A DNA stretch of 64,000 nt from a virus. Below the pieces are notes generated by a model. The model made no database searches. It saw only the letters and a list, made by a program, of their open reading frames with translations, and was not told the origin of the DNA. Positions 33,458 to 43,078 of the stretch are shown piece by piece (the first letter of the stretch is position 1; each line of letters opens with the position of its first letter). The position numbers and the translations under genes are program-made. Location of the stretch: IMG/VR virus record IMGVR_UViG_3300043331_000441, positions 32,001 through 96,000 of that record. One strand, 5' to 3'.

Positions 33458-33895
33458 CTAGACCAGCATGATCGTTGTAATCATGCGCCCTGAGCCGGTC
33501 GTTGTGGACTGTATTTCTCCTGCCGCGCCGCGATAGCGGCCCGTGCCACCGGTCACTGCGAACGTACCACTGAACTGAGAAGACGAGTTTCCGGCCAGCG
33601 TAATCGTGCCCAGAGGAAGGCGATACGAGCCGATACAGAAGCGCTGTTGCTGTGTGATCCAGCGACAGGTCAGATACATTCGTCCAATCGTGGTGCCGTG
33701 CCGATCGCGAAGAAACCATGACTCCTGTGATGAATCAGATACATGTCCACGGTTTCCGATTTCCCGATACTCGTAGGTAGCCAGGACTGCGCTGAGAATG
33801 ATCTGCCCCTTCTTGCCGGTTACGCTGGCAGCGTCGTACGCCATAGTGGAAGCCACAGTTGTGATGATCAGCAGAACTAGAGCGAGGAGCCGCAT
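33458..33895 (-). CDS. secreted allene-oxide-cyclase/dirigent-like beta-barrel protein
   Basis: Signal peptide; FAVTGGTGRYRGAAGEI signature. Confidence 0.65.
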   Translation of the reverse strand: MRLLALVLLIITTVASTMAYDAASVTGKKGQIILSAVLATYEYREIGNRGHVSDSSQESWFLRDRHGTTIGRMYLTCRWITQQQRFCIGSYRLPLGTITLAGNSSSQFSGTFAVTGGTGRYRGAAGEIQSTTTGSGRMITTIMLV

Positions 33896-34311
33896 CAACC
33901 ACCACCAGGGGGAATCTTGCATTCAGGCTCGTCCATTGGCTCCCGCGCTCTGATTGCATCGCGTAGGTTCTGAATATACGCAGCGCGCGCGTCAGTGGGC
34001 GGCGCTCTCAGCACGGCTTCGATTGTCTTATTGAGAATGTCAACCAGTACTGCATCCTGTGCTTCGTTTTGAACGCAGGCGAGAAATGCGGCGCGAGCAA
34101 TTGCTTGCTCGCGTCCTCGTCGTTCCGCGTCAAGGTCGAGGGTCAGTTTGGCGATCCGATTGATCTGTTCTCGGTTATTTTTAATCGACTCACGACCGGC
34201 GGCGAGTCGTTCGTTTGTCTGATTGCGGTAGACAAGAAATCCGCCGAGCAGCGCGAGCACAAGAATTGTCGCCATCGGAATAGCGATTACCGTCGCAACC
34301 CTGAACACCAT
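33895..34311 (-). CDS. single-TM coiled-coil protein (lysis accessory)
   Basis: GGAGG RBS before ATG 34311; TM followed by a helical domain with two Cys. Confidence 0.65.
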   Translation of the reverse strand: MVFRVATVIAIPMATILVLALLGGFLVYRNQTNERLAAGRESIKNNREQINRIAKLTLDLDAERRGREQAIARAAFLACVQNEAQDAVLVDILNKTIEAVLRAPPTDARAAYIQNLRDAIRAREPMDEPECKIPPGGG

Positions 34312-34423
34312 ACGCCGTTCCTCCGGCGTCAACGGCGTGTCGCCTCTTAAGAGAGAAGCCACCACATCAAGCCCACAAGAAGGGTGAGAAAGCAGACCTC
34401 AGACACAACGCGCAGTGTGGCGA

Positions 34424-34633
34424 TCATTTGCCGTTCTCCCACCGACCGACGAGGTACTGGATCAGCGCGCGTGCGGACAGGCGGCCGAGACACACGAGAA
34501 CGAGGAGGACGCCGACGGGAGGCCATGAATCACGCCATGCCATCAGGATGGCGATCCCGAGGCCAAGCGCGGCCGTCGCCGCATCGACGGTCTGCTGATA
34601 CCAAGCCCACCTCCGGTTCTCTTCTCCGGTCAT
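34424..34633 (-). CDS. small 2-TM protein (holin/antiholin-like)
   Basis: Two hydrophobic helices, in the lysis cassette. Confidence 0.6.
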   Translation of the reverse strand: MTGEENRRWAWYQQTVDAATAALGLGIAILMAWRDSWPPVGVLLVLVCLGRLSARALIQYLVGRWENGK

Positions 34634-34720
34634 GCCTCATGTGTCACGCCTGGACCCCCGCTGGCTTGGCAGTTGTGTGTCTGCGGCACGACTGATGGTA
34701 CGTCGCAGGTCGGTCAGTCT

Positions 34721-36010
34721 CTACGTTCCCAGCTGGGCCAAATCCACCCAATTTGCAGGGATCATGCCCTCAGACAGATAGACGCCGATCTGGCGTCCAT
34801 AGTTGTCGAGTTCTGCGCTGCCGCCGCGATACACGCTCATGCTCGTGTCGTTCCACAGACCGATCGCTGGAGTCGCGTAATCGAATCCGTGCTGCTCAAG
34901 CGCTGCCCACATCATCTTCGAAATCGGGAAGTGGGCGCCGCCGTCTTGCACGTAGCACTCCACGGTGGCGTGGGTGCAGTACGGACGCATGCGTTCGTAC
35001 TCAACCGTGGTCAGCTCGCCTTCTGGATGCTGGGTGGTCGGCGGGCGACGAGTGAACGTGTTGAACCCATACAGGGTCGTGAACACCGAGCGCGCGATGC
35101 CCTGCCCAACTCCGGCTTCGAAGTTGGCTATCGCCCGGTTGTACTCATCTGGCGTCTCGATCTGCGGCATATACCCGTCTGCACGAGTGAGCGCGATCAC
35201 TTCACCGTCATTTGGATGCGCGGACCCCCACAACACGACCTTCATGCCGAACTTGCGCACACGACCAGGTGCATCCATGTTGAACAGCGGCTCGCCATTG
35301 GCGATCTGCAGACCGACCGTGGCGACCCCGGCTGCCTTCATCTTCTGCCACGCCGTATCGAGATCGCGGTAGTCGGAATCGTTGAGCGGGCCCCACGCCG
35401 TTGACATGAATGGCAGCGGCAACATCCAGGTGTTCGCAGGACCGGGCGGTTGGGGCGGAGGAGGAGGCGGAGGCGGCGGCCCGAGCGGAACTGCCTGATT
35501 GATCTTTTTCAGATGCCCCCAGCACCACTGTGGGATCGATGCGGGAATGTTGGTTGGGCGAGGCGTAGCAGGGTTCGAGAACCGTTTGCGCTGCCATGCC
35601 GCCCAGTTGAGGAACGACCAGATGTACGGAGCGACAACAGACGGTTCTTTGGGAATGTTCGGTGGGATCGGCTTCGGCTGGTTCTGGAAACGCCAGATCG
35701 CCCACGTAAGCACCCACGAATGGGGACAAGTTGTGGTACCCGGAATCTGGATTGGCGCTCGTGCGTTGACGCCATCCAGCACGGCATACGCCCATGCCTT
35801 GATCCCATCCGGCTTGGGAAACGTCGTCGGACGCGGCTGGGGGCGCCCCTTCCTGCGCCAGATGCACCAGTAGAGAACCTCGTCGGCGTAGGCAGGAACG
35901 TTCGCGGGAACAGAATCAGGCCGGTCGGCGAGCTTGCCTGAGTTGATCCGCCAGACGATGTAGTCCTCAAGCCAGTCGTCAGGTGTGTCAGGCCAGGCCA
36001 CTTCCCTCAT
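34721..36010 (-). CDS. putative cell-wall hydrolase: Trp/Pro-rich N-terminal repeats, polyproline linker, glycoside-hydrolase-like C-domain
   Basis: Repeats W..WR....RP...P..IP.W; poly-Pro linker; alpha/beta domain with PQIET and ATVECY; lysis-cassette context. Confidence 0.55.
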   Translation of the reverse strand: MREVAWPDTPDDWLEDYIVWRINSGKLADRPDSVPANVPAYADEVLYWCIWRRKGRPQPRPTTFPKPDGIKAWAYAVLDGVNARAPIQIPGTTTCPHSWVLTWAIWRFQNQPKPIPPNIPKEPSVVAPYIWSFLNWAAWQRKRFSNPATPRPTNIPASIPQWCWGHLKKINQAVPLGPPPPPPPPPQPPGPANTWMLPLPFMSTAWGPLNDSDYRDLDTAWQKMKAAGVATVGLQIANGEPLFNMDAPGRVRKFGMKVVLWGSAHPNDGEVIALTRADGYMPQIETPDEYNRAIANFEAGVGQGIARSVFTTLYGFNTFTRRPPTTQHPEGELTTVEYERMRPYCTHATVECYVQDGGAHFPISKMMWAALEQHGFDYATPAIGLWNDTSMSVYRGGSAELDNYGRQIGVYLSEGMIPANWVDLAQLGT

Positions 36011-36149
36011 CCTCTTCACATTCATGACGAGGGTCGTCCAGCAACTCCTCAGGCGTGATGCCAAGAAGTTCGGCAGCCTGCGCCAACATCTCCGGTGACA
36101 GTTCGGCGGCCGTTACTTCACGAGCTGCCTCCCAATCAATCTCACTCAT
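35988..36149 (-). CDS. small acidic protein (53 aa)
   Basis: GGAGGAGGAG upstream; ATGA overlap with the 36146 gene. Confidence 0.55.
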   Translation of the reverse strand: MSEIDWEAAREVTAAELSPEMLAQAAELLGITPEELLDDPRHECEEDEGSGLA

Positions 36150-36373
36150 TGCTCCTCCTCCACAGGCGTCTCCGCCGCAACTGCGGTCAGGTGACTAACC
36201 CAGATCGCGTAGATCGACATGAAGCCGATGAACCACAGCTCATTCTTCAGCAGCCACCAGATCAGCGCGCCAGGGAAGATCCACAGGATCAGTAGCCAGA
36301 AGTTGATCGTCCGTCGATCTCGCGCCGAAAGCGATTCCGAGATCCAATCAGGCGGCCCATAAAGGAACCTCAC
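36146..36373 (-). CDS. small 2-TM protein
   Basis: Hydrophobic helices. Confidence 0.65.
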   Translation of the reverse strand: MRFLYGPPDWISESLSARDRRTINFWLLILWIFPGALIWWLLKNELWFIGFMSIYAIWVSHLTAVAAETPVEEEQ

Positions 36374-37212
36374 GGAACAAACCTGCGGATCGCTATCCTG
36401 TCATGTCTGTACGACGCGTCGAGCAGCTTGATTGGGTATGAGCCAAACGACCACACACGCCCACCGCCGAGATACAGCGCTTCATGCGAGGGATTGCCGC
36501 CGCGCCCGTAGAAGATCACATCGCCGAGCTTTGCGGAGGCAAGGTCTGGAATGTGCTGGCCAAAGAGAATCTGGACGTCGGTGTTCGTCCAGCGCCAGTC
36601 AACCTTGGGCAGGATGCCCGCCCAATGACAGCCACCTGCGATCGAGCCGGAACAGTCTGCGCGCGTTATCGACTCAGGGCGCCCCAGCTGCGAGGGGCGG
36701 TACTGGGAGTACGCGATTGCCCCTCGTCTGTTGTAGAGCGCCGTGTGCCACGCGAGCTGGCGTTGGATCATCGTGTTCAGCTTCGGCGTGATCAGTGAGA
36801 TCGCGAGACTGTCGAACCACGGAGCAAGCTTCCTCCAGGCAGCCTCGTCATAGACAGTGGGCGTCAACGGCAGTCCCAAGCGACGCCGTGTCTCGCGGAA
36901 GTCTCTCGTGAACGAACCGGGTCCGGTGTACTGCGACCATGTACGCCGCACTGACTTCGGCTTGGCCATTAGCATCGCGAGTCGCCCGCCACCGCGAAAT
37001 CGAGCGTGTGCGCGCTTCAGTGCATAGACCTTGTCTCCCTCGCTACCGGGTTCGCAGTATCGAAAGGGAACGACCAGGGAACCACTACCGATGGCGGTAA
37101 GAAACCGAACCTCTGGGGCCTCCGGCCGCTCCTTTACCGGGATGCTGTCGTCGCCGTCTTCGAGCGGTGGTTCATCGAGCGGCGCATTGTGGAAATTGTC
37201 GTAGACGTCCAT
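36370..37212 (-). CDS. endolysin, NlpC/P60 cysteine peptidase with N-terminal peptidoglycan-binding-like region
   Basis: ADCSGS catalytic Cys, GDVIFYG...SHEALYLGGG. Confidence 0.82.
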   Translation of the reverse strand: MDVYDNFHNAPLDEPPLEDGDDSIPVKERPEAPEVRFLTAIGSGSLVVPFRYCEPGSEGDKVYALKRAHARFRGGGRLAMLMAKPKSVRRTWSQYTGPGSFTRDFRETRRRLGLPLTPTVYDEAAWRKLAPWFDSLAISLITPKLNTMIQRQLAWHTALYNRRGAIAYSQYRPSQLGRPESITRADCSGSIAGGCHWAGILPKVDWRWTNTDVQILFGQHIPDLASAKLGDVIFYGRGGNPSHEALYLGGGRVWSFGSYPIKLLDASYRHDRIAIRRFVP

Positions 37213-37703
37213 TAGACAGCAGCAATCCATCCACCCGATGGGTCAACAACGAGGGAGTTGACACCATCAGGAACAAGCGGAATGCCACCAGCAGTACGCA
37301 GTTCATGCGCAGTGATCGGGACGATATTTGCGTCTGTCCCAGCCGTGGTGTCAGAGTCGTAGCCCCAGATACCGATATCCCACGTATCGCCTGCCGACAC
37401 GCCAGCAAACGTCTGCAACGGCAGAGTCAGCAGGATCCGGTTGTTCGTGTCGTCGACCGTGTAGGCCGAAAGAGAAGCGTCAGTCAGTGTCTTGCGCGCA
37501 TAGCCGGTGTTCGTGACCTCTGTGTATCCACCAGCGAGGATCGCCGCGAAGGTATCGAAGTCGGCGAGACCGTTGATCCCAGCCACGCTCCCCGACGCGA
37601 TGATCATCAGGATCAACGCGCTGTTTGTAGGGTCATTACCGTCTACGCGCGCGTATAGCTCGACCTCCCTACCTTTCGAGACATTGAACTGGACCGAAGC
37701 GAT
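37212..37703 (-). CDS. virion/tail structural protein, apparent ATC start
   Basis: The frame continues upstream of the tracked start as (I)ASVQFNVSKGREVELYARVDGNDPTNSAL; AGGGGTGA RBS precedes ATC 37703. Confidence 0.7.
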   Translation of the reverse strand: MASVQFNVSKGREVELYARVDGNDPTNSALILMIIASGSVAGINGLADFDTFAAILAGGYTEVTNTGYARKTLTDASLSAYTVDDTNNRILLTLPLQTFAGVSAGDTWDIGIWGYDSDTTAGTDANIVPITAHELRTAGGIPLVPDGVNSLVVDPSGGWIAAV

Positions 37704-37715
37704 GTCAGATCACCC

Positions 37716-37874
37716 CTATTTCGTCGGCGGCAAATCAGTGACCGCGGTCTGTGTCCCGGAGACAATCGCGCAGACCGGGTCGTAAACGACAGCGACGGCC
37801 TTGATCAGAGGTGGCGTGGCAACCTGAGTTGCGCCCCCGGAACAAACGGGGTCGTAAACGACGCCGCGGCTCAT
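37716..37874 (-). CDS. 52-aa protein with duplicated VVYDPVC motif
   Basis: Two copies of GTCGTTTACGACCC in frame. Confidence 0.55.
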   Translation of the reverse strand: MSRGVVYDPVCSGGATQVATPPLIKAVAVVYDPVCAIVSGTQTAVTDLPPTK

Positions 37875-37904
37875 GGCCCTAGAGTCTAGGGCCGGAGGCG
37901 GACA

Positions 37905-38252
37905 CTAACGTGGCTGATTGAGCCAGTAGTAGAACCCTGACACGAATTGCGCAAGGTCGGTCTCTAGGCCGGTGAAGCCATCGAGTGTGACTTCGGTACG
38001 GAGATCACCACCGTCAAGGGCGCATGAGACGACGCTCCCGTCTTCGTCTAACTGATCAGCCCACCAGTAGACGCGGCTGCCAAACACGTACGCAAGGTAA
38101 TCGTTGCCGAATCCGTAACTCAGCCTAAGCGGCGATATCTGCGCTGCACCGCCACCACCAGCATCGATTGTCCACAGGCTGTACTTGGGGTCCTTAGGAA
38201 CGTCTCGGCGGGGCCAATCGAGTAGCGGCAGGTTGACCACTAGATTCCCCAC
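37905..38252 (-). CDS. hypothetical tail-associated protein
   Basis: Operon position. Confidence 0.55.
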   Translation of the reverse strand: MGNLVVNLPLLDWPRRDVPKDPKYSLWTIDAGGGGAAQISPLRLSYGFGNDYLAYVFGSRVYWWADQLDEDGSVVSCALDGGDLRTEVTLDGFTGLETDLAQFVSGFYYWLNQPR

Positions 38253-39025
38253 TTCGACATCAGGTAACTCACGACGGTGGGGGCGTCGGTCGTGGAGAGC
38301 GTCGAGCCGAAGATCATGATCTCACCGATGAACCAGCGGGTGTAATCATTATTGCCGAACGAGTTGCCATTCATGCCGATACGGGTGGTGCGGCTGGCGG
38401 ACGGAGTACCGAGCGTGCCCGAGTAGCTGTTGTTGTTGTAGTAAAGGGTGGAGGATGCACCGCCGGTTGAGCGGTATCCGGCGACAAACGGGATTCCTTT
38501 GATGAATACGCCATTTCCAGTTGAGATAGAGTACGAGCCAATCTCGGAGTTATAGACATCAACGCTGCCACCGTTGCCAACATGAAATTGCGTGCCGCCT
38601 GTGCCGCCTTGTTGGCCGATCAGGGTGGGAAAGGTGGAGTAGTCAAAGAGACAACCGACAACAAAGGCTGAATCTGTTGCGTCCGAACGTGATGCATTCG
38701 ATGTGAGATAGCTTCCCGTCCAGGCGAACGATAGGTAGGGCATCATGTTTTTCTTTGTGCCACCAGGGATGCGGGCGAGTGGGACAGCCCCGGCGCTGAT
38801 AGAAAGCGCGTTGCCTGCACCAGAAAGATCAGTTATCGATGACACTGTGTTATCGGCGGTGAAAGTGATCGAGCCTATGTTGGATGGGTCCCACCACGCC
38901 ACGTCAGGGGTTACGGGTGGACGAGGGGCGCCGATCTGCCCGAAAGCCAGTCCGGGAGAGATATCGCGGTTTCCGGCGACCTTGGTGAGCCTACGACCGG
39001 CGATCAGTTGCTTCTCGGTGAGCAT
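38240..39025 (-). CDS. LamG/concanavalin-like tail protein
   Basis: WWDPS...ITDLSGAGN...WFIGEIMIF...VVSYLMSKWGI pattern. Confidence 0.7.
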   Translation of the reverse strand: MLTEKQLIAGRRLTKVAGNRDISPGLAFGQIGAPRPPVTPDVAWWDPSNIGSITFTADNTVSSITDLSGAGNALSISAGAVPLARIPGGTKKNMMPYLSFAWTGSYLTSNASRSDATDSAFVVGCLFDYSTFPTLIGQQGGTGGTQFHVGNGGSVDVYNSEIGSYSISTGNGVFIKGIPFVAGYRSTGGASSTLYYNNNSYSGTLGTPSASRTTRIGMNGNSFGNNDYTRWFIGEIMIFGSTLSTTDAPTVVSYLMSKWGI

Positions 39026-39383
39026 TAGGCTCGCGCCTGGACTACTTCGCCCTTGATCACGATCTTGTCTACGACTTCTGCCGACGCGACAATCGCGAGG
39101 TTGTTCCGCAGAATGCGACCGGCCTCGATTAGTACCCACCCGGCCTTTGATGGGATTGTCTGACGGGTCACATCGTCAGGGATCGTCGTGCCGCCCCAGC
39201 CAATCTCGACCCACCGGTCAGCCGTGTCGTCGTTGTACGCCCACAGCGTGACGATGTCACGATCCGTAGTCGAATTGACTGCCGTGTGGATAGCTGTGTC
39301 CGAGCCGTCGATCGGCCCTGCGGTCGTGACCTTGATTCCACGGCCATGCGTCGAGCCGGAGAGCGGCTGCTTGCTGTACGTGC

Positions 39384-39387
<4 letters not shown>
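39025..39387 (-). CDS. small virion beta-sandwich protein
   Basis: [14 protein letters not shown]...IHTA...+.LWAYN pattern; TAATG coupling. Confidence 0.7.
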
Positions 39388-40526
<1,139 letters not shown>

Positions 40527-40527
<1 letters not shown>

Positions 40528-43052
40528 CAGGGGAACTTTATACTGCCAAACGTAAGAATTGGTCCGGGCTCCCACGGGATGTAGGGATCAGGATCAAAGG
40601 GAATCACCCACAGTGTCGGCACATACTCGTTGGTGACCGGATGATTTGTGTCACAGAGTGAGTAGACGACGTTGCCCTTGGCGTACGTCTTATGCATCGA
40701 TCCATTATCCAGCCACAGACCGGTGCTGTTGTTACGACGACTTGCCCAACACGCTCCACCGCCTGTGCCGTCTTCTGCAACACGTTTGATCATCCACGAC
40801 CCATCACCGCTCCAGGAATTGGAATCGATCGTCAACCAGATCGATCCATCTGTGGTCGCGACTACATCACAGCCACTCGGATCAATCCACAACCCAACCT
40901 CTGAGTCGAAGGGACGAACGGTTGGGTATGTGATCAACCCACCCACTGGGTTGACCTTGGTGATATAGACGCCGTAGTCCAGTGATAGTCCATTACCGTG
41001 CGCAGATGCCAAGATTGGTGTCTCACCGTCATCGACAAACGAGAATCCTTGCTGCCAGTGCAGAATGGTTGGATCGCCCGGGGGATCATAGAGATCTGCA
41101 AAGTTAAAGTGTTGGTTGGCCCAACTCCCAGGGGCGCCCCCGTACTCCCACAACCACCACTCAAAGTGCGGCACGCCGGGATCGTGTGTAGTGGTTACGC
41201 CGTAATACGTACAATACGCGACTGTGGGATTTTCCCCAGGGCCATCTGACTGACAGAACGTCAGATCAACCTGGACGCATGTATAAAAGTCAACAACCGC
41301 GAGGTCGTTGGCGTCTCTATCGGCATTCGCGTGCGGATTGATCGGTTCCGGGATTTGCGCATCGACCCATGCGGAACCATTCCAGTAAAACGCAAACGGC
41401 ATCTGCGCTTCAAAGAGCGGGCGACTTACATCGGGATCGTTCTGACAGAACGTGATCCAAGGAACACCAAGCGGTGAACATTTGATTTGTGGTGCTGATG
41501 CGTTCGGGCTTCCGGCTGACGCCGCAAAGGTAGAAGCGGATTTGCCGACGATCTCCCCGCCTAGATCAGACCAGGATGCGCCTCCGACGTCGTACTTGCG
41601 GACGTGGATTGCCCAGTCTGCGTCACCGATAGCCATGTAGTCGCCCTTGTTTTCCCCGTAGGCGATAAAAAGATCAGTTCCGTCAGTATCCATGGAGAGA
41701 GACATGATGGTTCCCGCCCCAGTACTGGCGAAGACAAACGGGAATGACCCATCGCCACCAACACCAAAAGGATTGTCGCTTACCAATGACCACGTCGTCC
41801 CATTCCACTTATGGATCGCGGCGCGAAGATCACCAGTGTCACCAGGACTAATCGACTCGAAGAAAATAATGTAAACATCTCCGTTGTCAGTAACACATAG
41901 ATCTTTTTGCCATGTGTGAGACCCAGTCGATTCGTGTAGGAAGTTTGCTGGCGTATCGACATCTGGCCAGCCAACCGGGAGATCGGGAATCTCCAAAAGC
42001 TGGATGGGATCGCCAGGACGCCCCCCGGTCTCCTCCTTGTACCAGCGTAGGTCTTCGAAGATCGTGATATCGCCGCCGCTGCCGTGTGTCCCACTCGCGT
42101 AATACGCTGTAAATGAGAACTCAAACTCGTCCGCAGCAAGAACTGGCATAAGCCACGGCCCATCGTAATCAGATACACGCGGTGGATCACTGGTCTGATC
42201 TGTGAGTTCGATCCATTCATATGTCGTGCCCACAGATGGTATTTGGGTAGTTGTGAGTGGAAAACCGTTTCGTCTGATCTGGCAGAAGAAGAATTCCCCG
42301 GGAAGCGTTGCGCTCTTGAGGCGCGCGAAGAGACGCCAACGTCCAGGGCTTGGAAGATCTGCACCAGAGATTGTGAACGTTGGGACAACGTCGGTGATAT
42401 TGGGAAAATCAGAATATGGAAGCGGAGTTGAGTAGGTATCGAAGTTGTCGGCATCGTTGATGTAGTCGGCCCCAACAGTGACGGTCGCCTTGCCTCCATT
42501 AGCTCCGGCAAGAATATTGGTGATCGTTGGAGCGGCCGGAGTCAGTGTGTACGTGAGATCAAGAGAACCTTCTTCAACACCGTTGTAGTCGGCGACGATG
42601 ATGTACCAGACCCCAGTCTGGGACATGTCAGTAAGAAAACTGCCTGTCTCATCTCTGCTGCTGCCATAGAACTCACGCAGCACCGGAGGCGGCGTCTCGG
42701 TACCGTCCCCAAGGCCGCTACCTCCACCTGCGTATTGCAGCTTCGTAAAATCAGGTGTAGTCGGGTCCCATGTGTTGTCGTCTACCTTGAGGACGTCGAC
42801 GTATGGAAAAAAGCTCGCGCTGCCCCCCGTCTTTGTGACACTCAGATCCAGGGAGACGTTGTAGCCACCAGCAAATGTGCCCTCTAGATATGCGCTGAGG
42901 TCGAACTTCAGCCAAACCGTTGCCGCATATCCCCCCAAAGACACGAGTTCGTTTGTCTCGTTCCCCGCCCCAACAATCGAGAGCGACACAGAATGCGGGG
43001 CAGCATCTTGCTGCAACGCAAGCGCGTCCTGAATGTTGTCATATAAGGCCAT
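40527..43052 (-). CDS. large tail/receptor-binding protein, paralogue B
   Basis: 841 aa; N-terminus DNIQDALAL.QD shared with 43079..45664. Confidence 0.75.
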
Positions 43053-43078
43053 TTACGGGACGCCCCTGACCACCGTTC

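Noticed and set aside
34340-34427. Phase-variable CT slippage joining a 26-aa TM ORF to the downstream gene
   Set aside because: The tract is very short and the downstream ORF has its own GGAGG RBS at ATG 34311.
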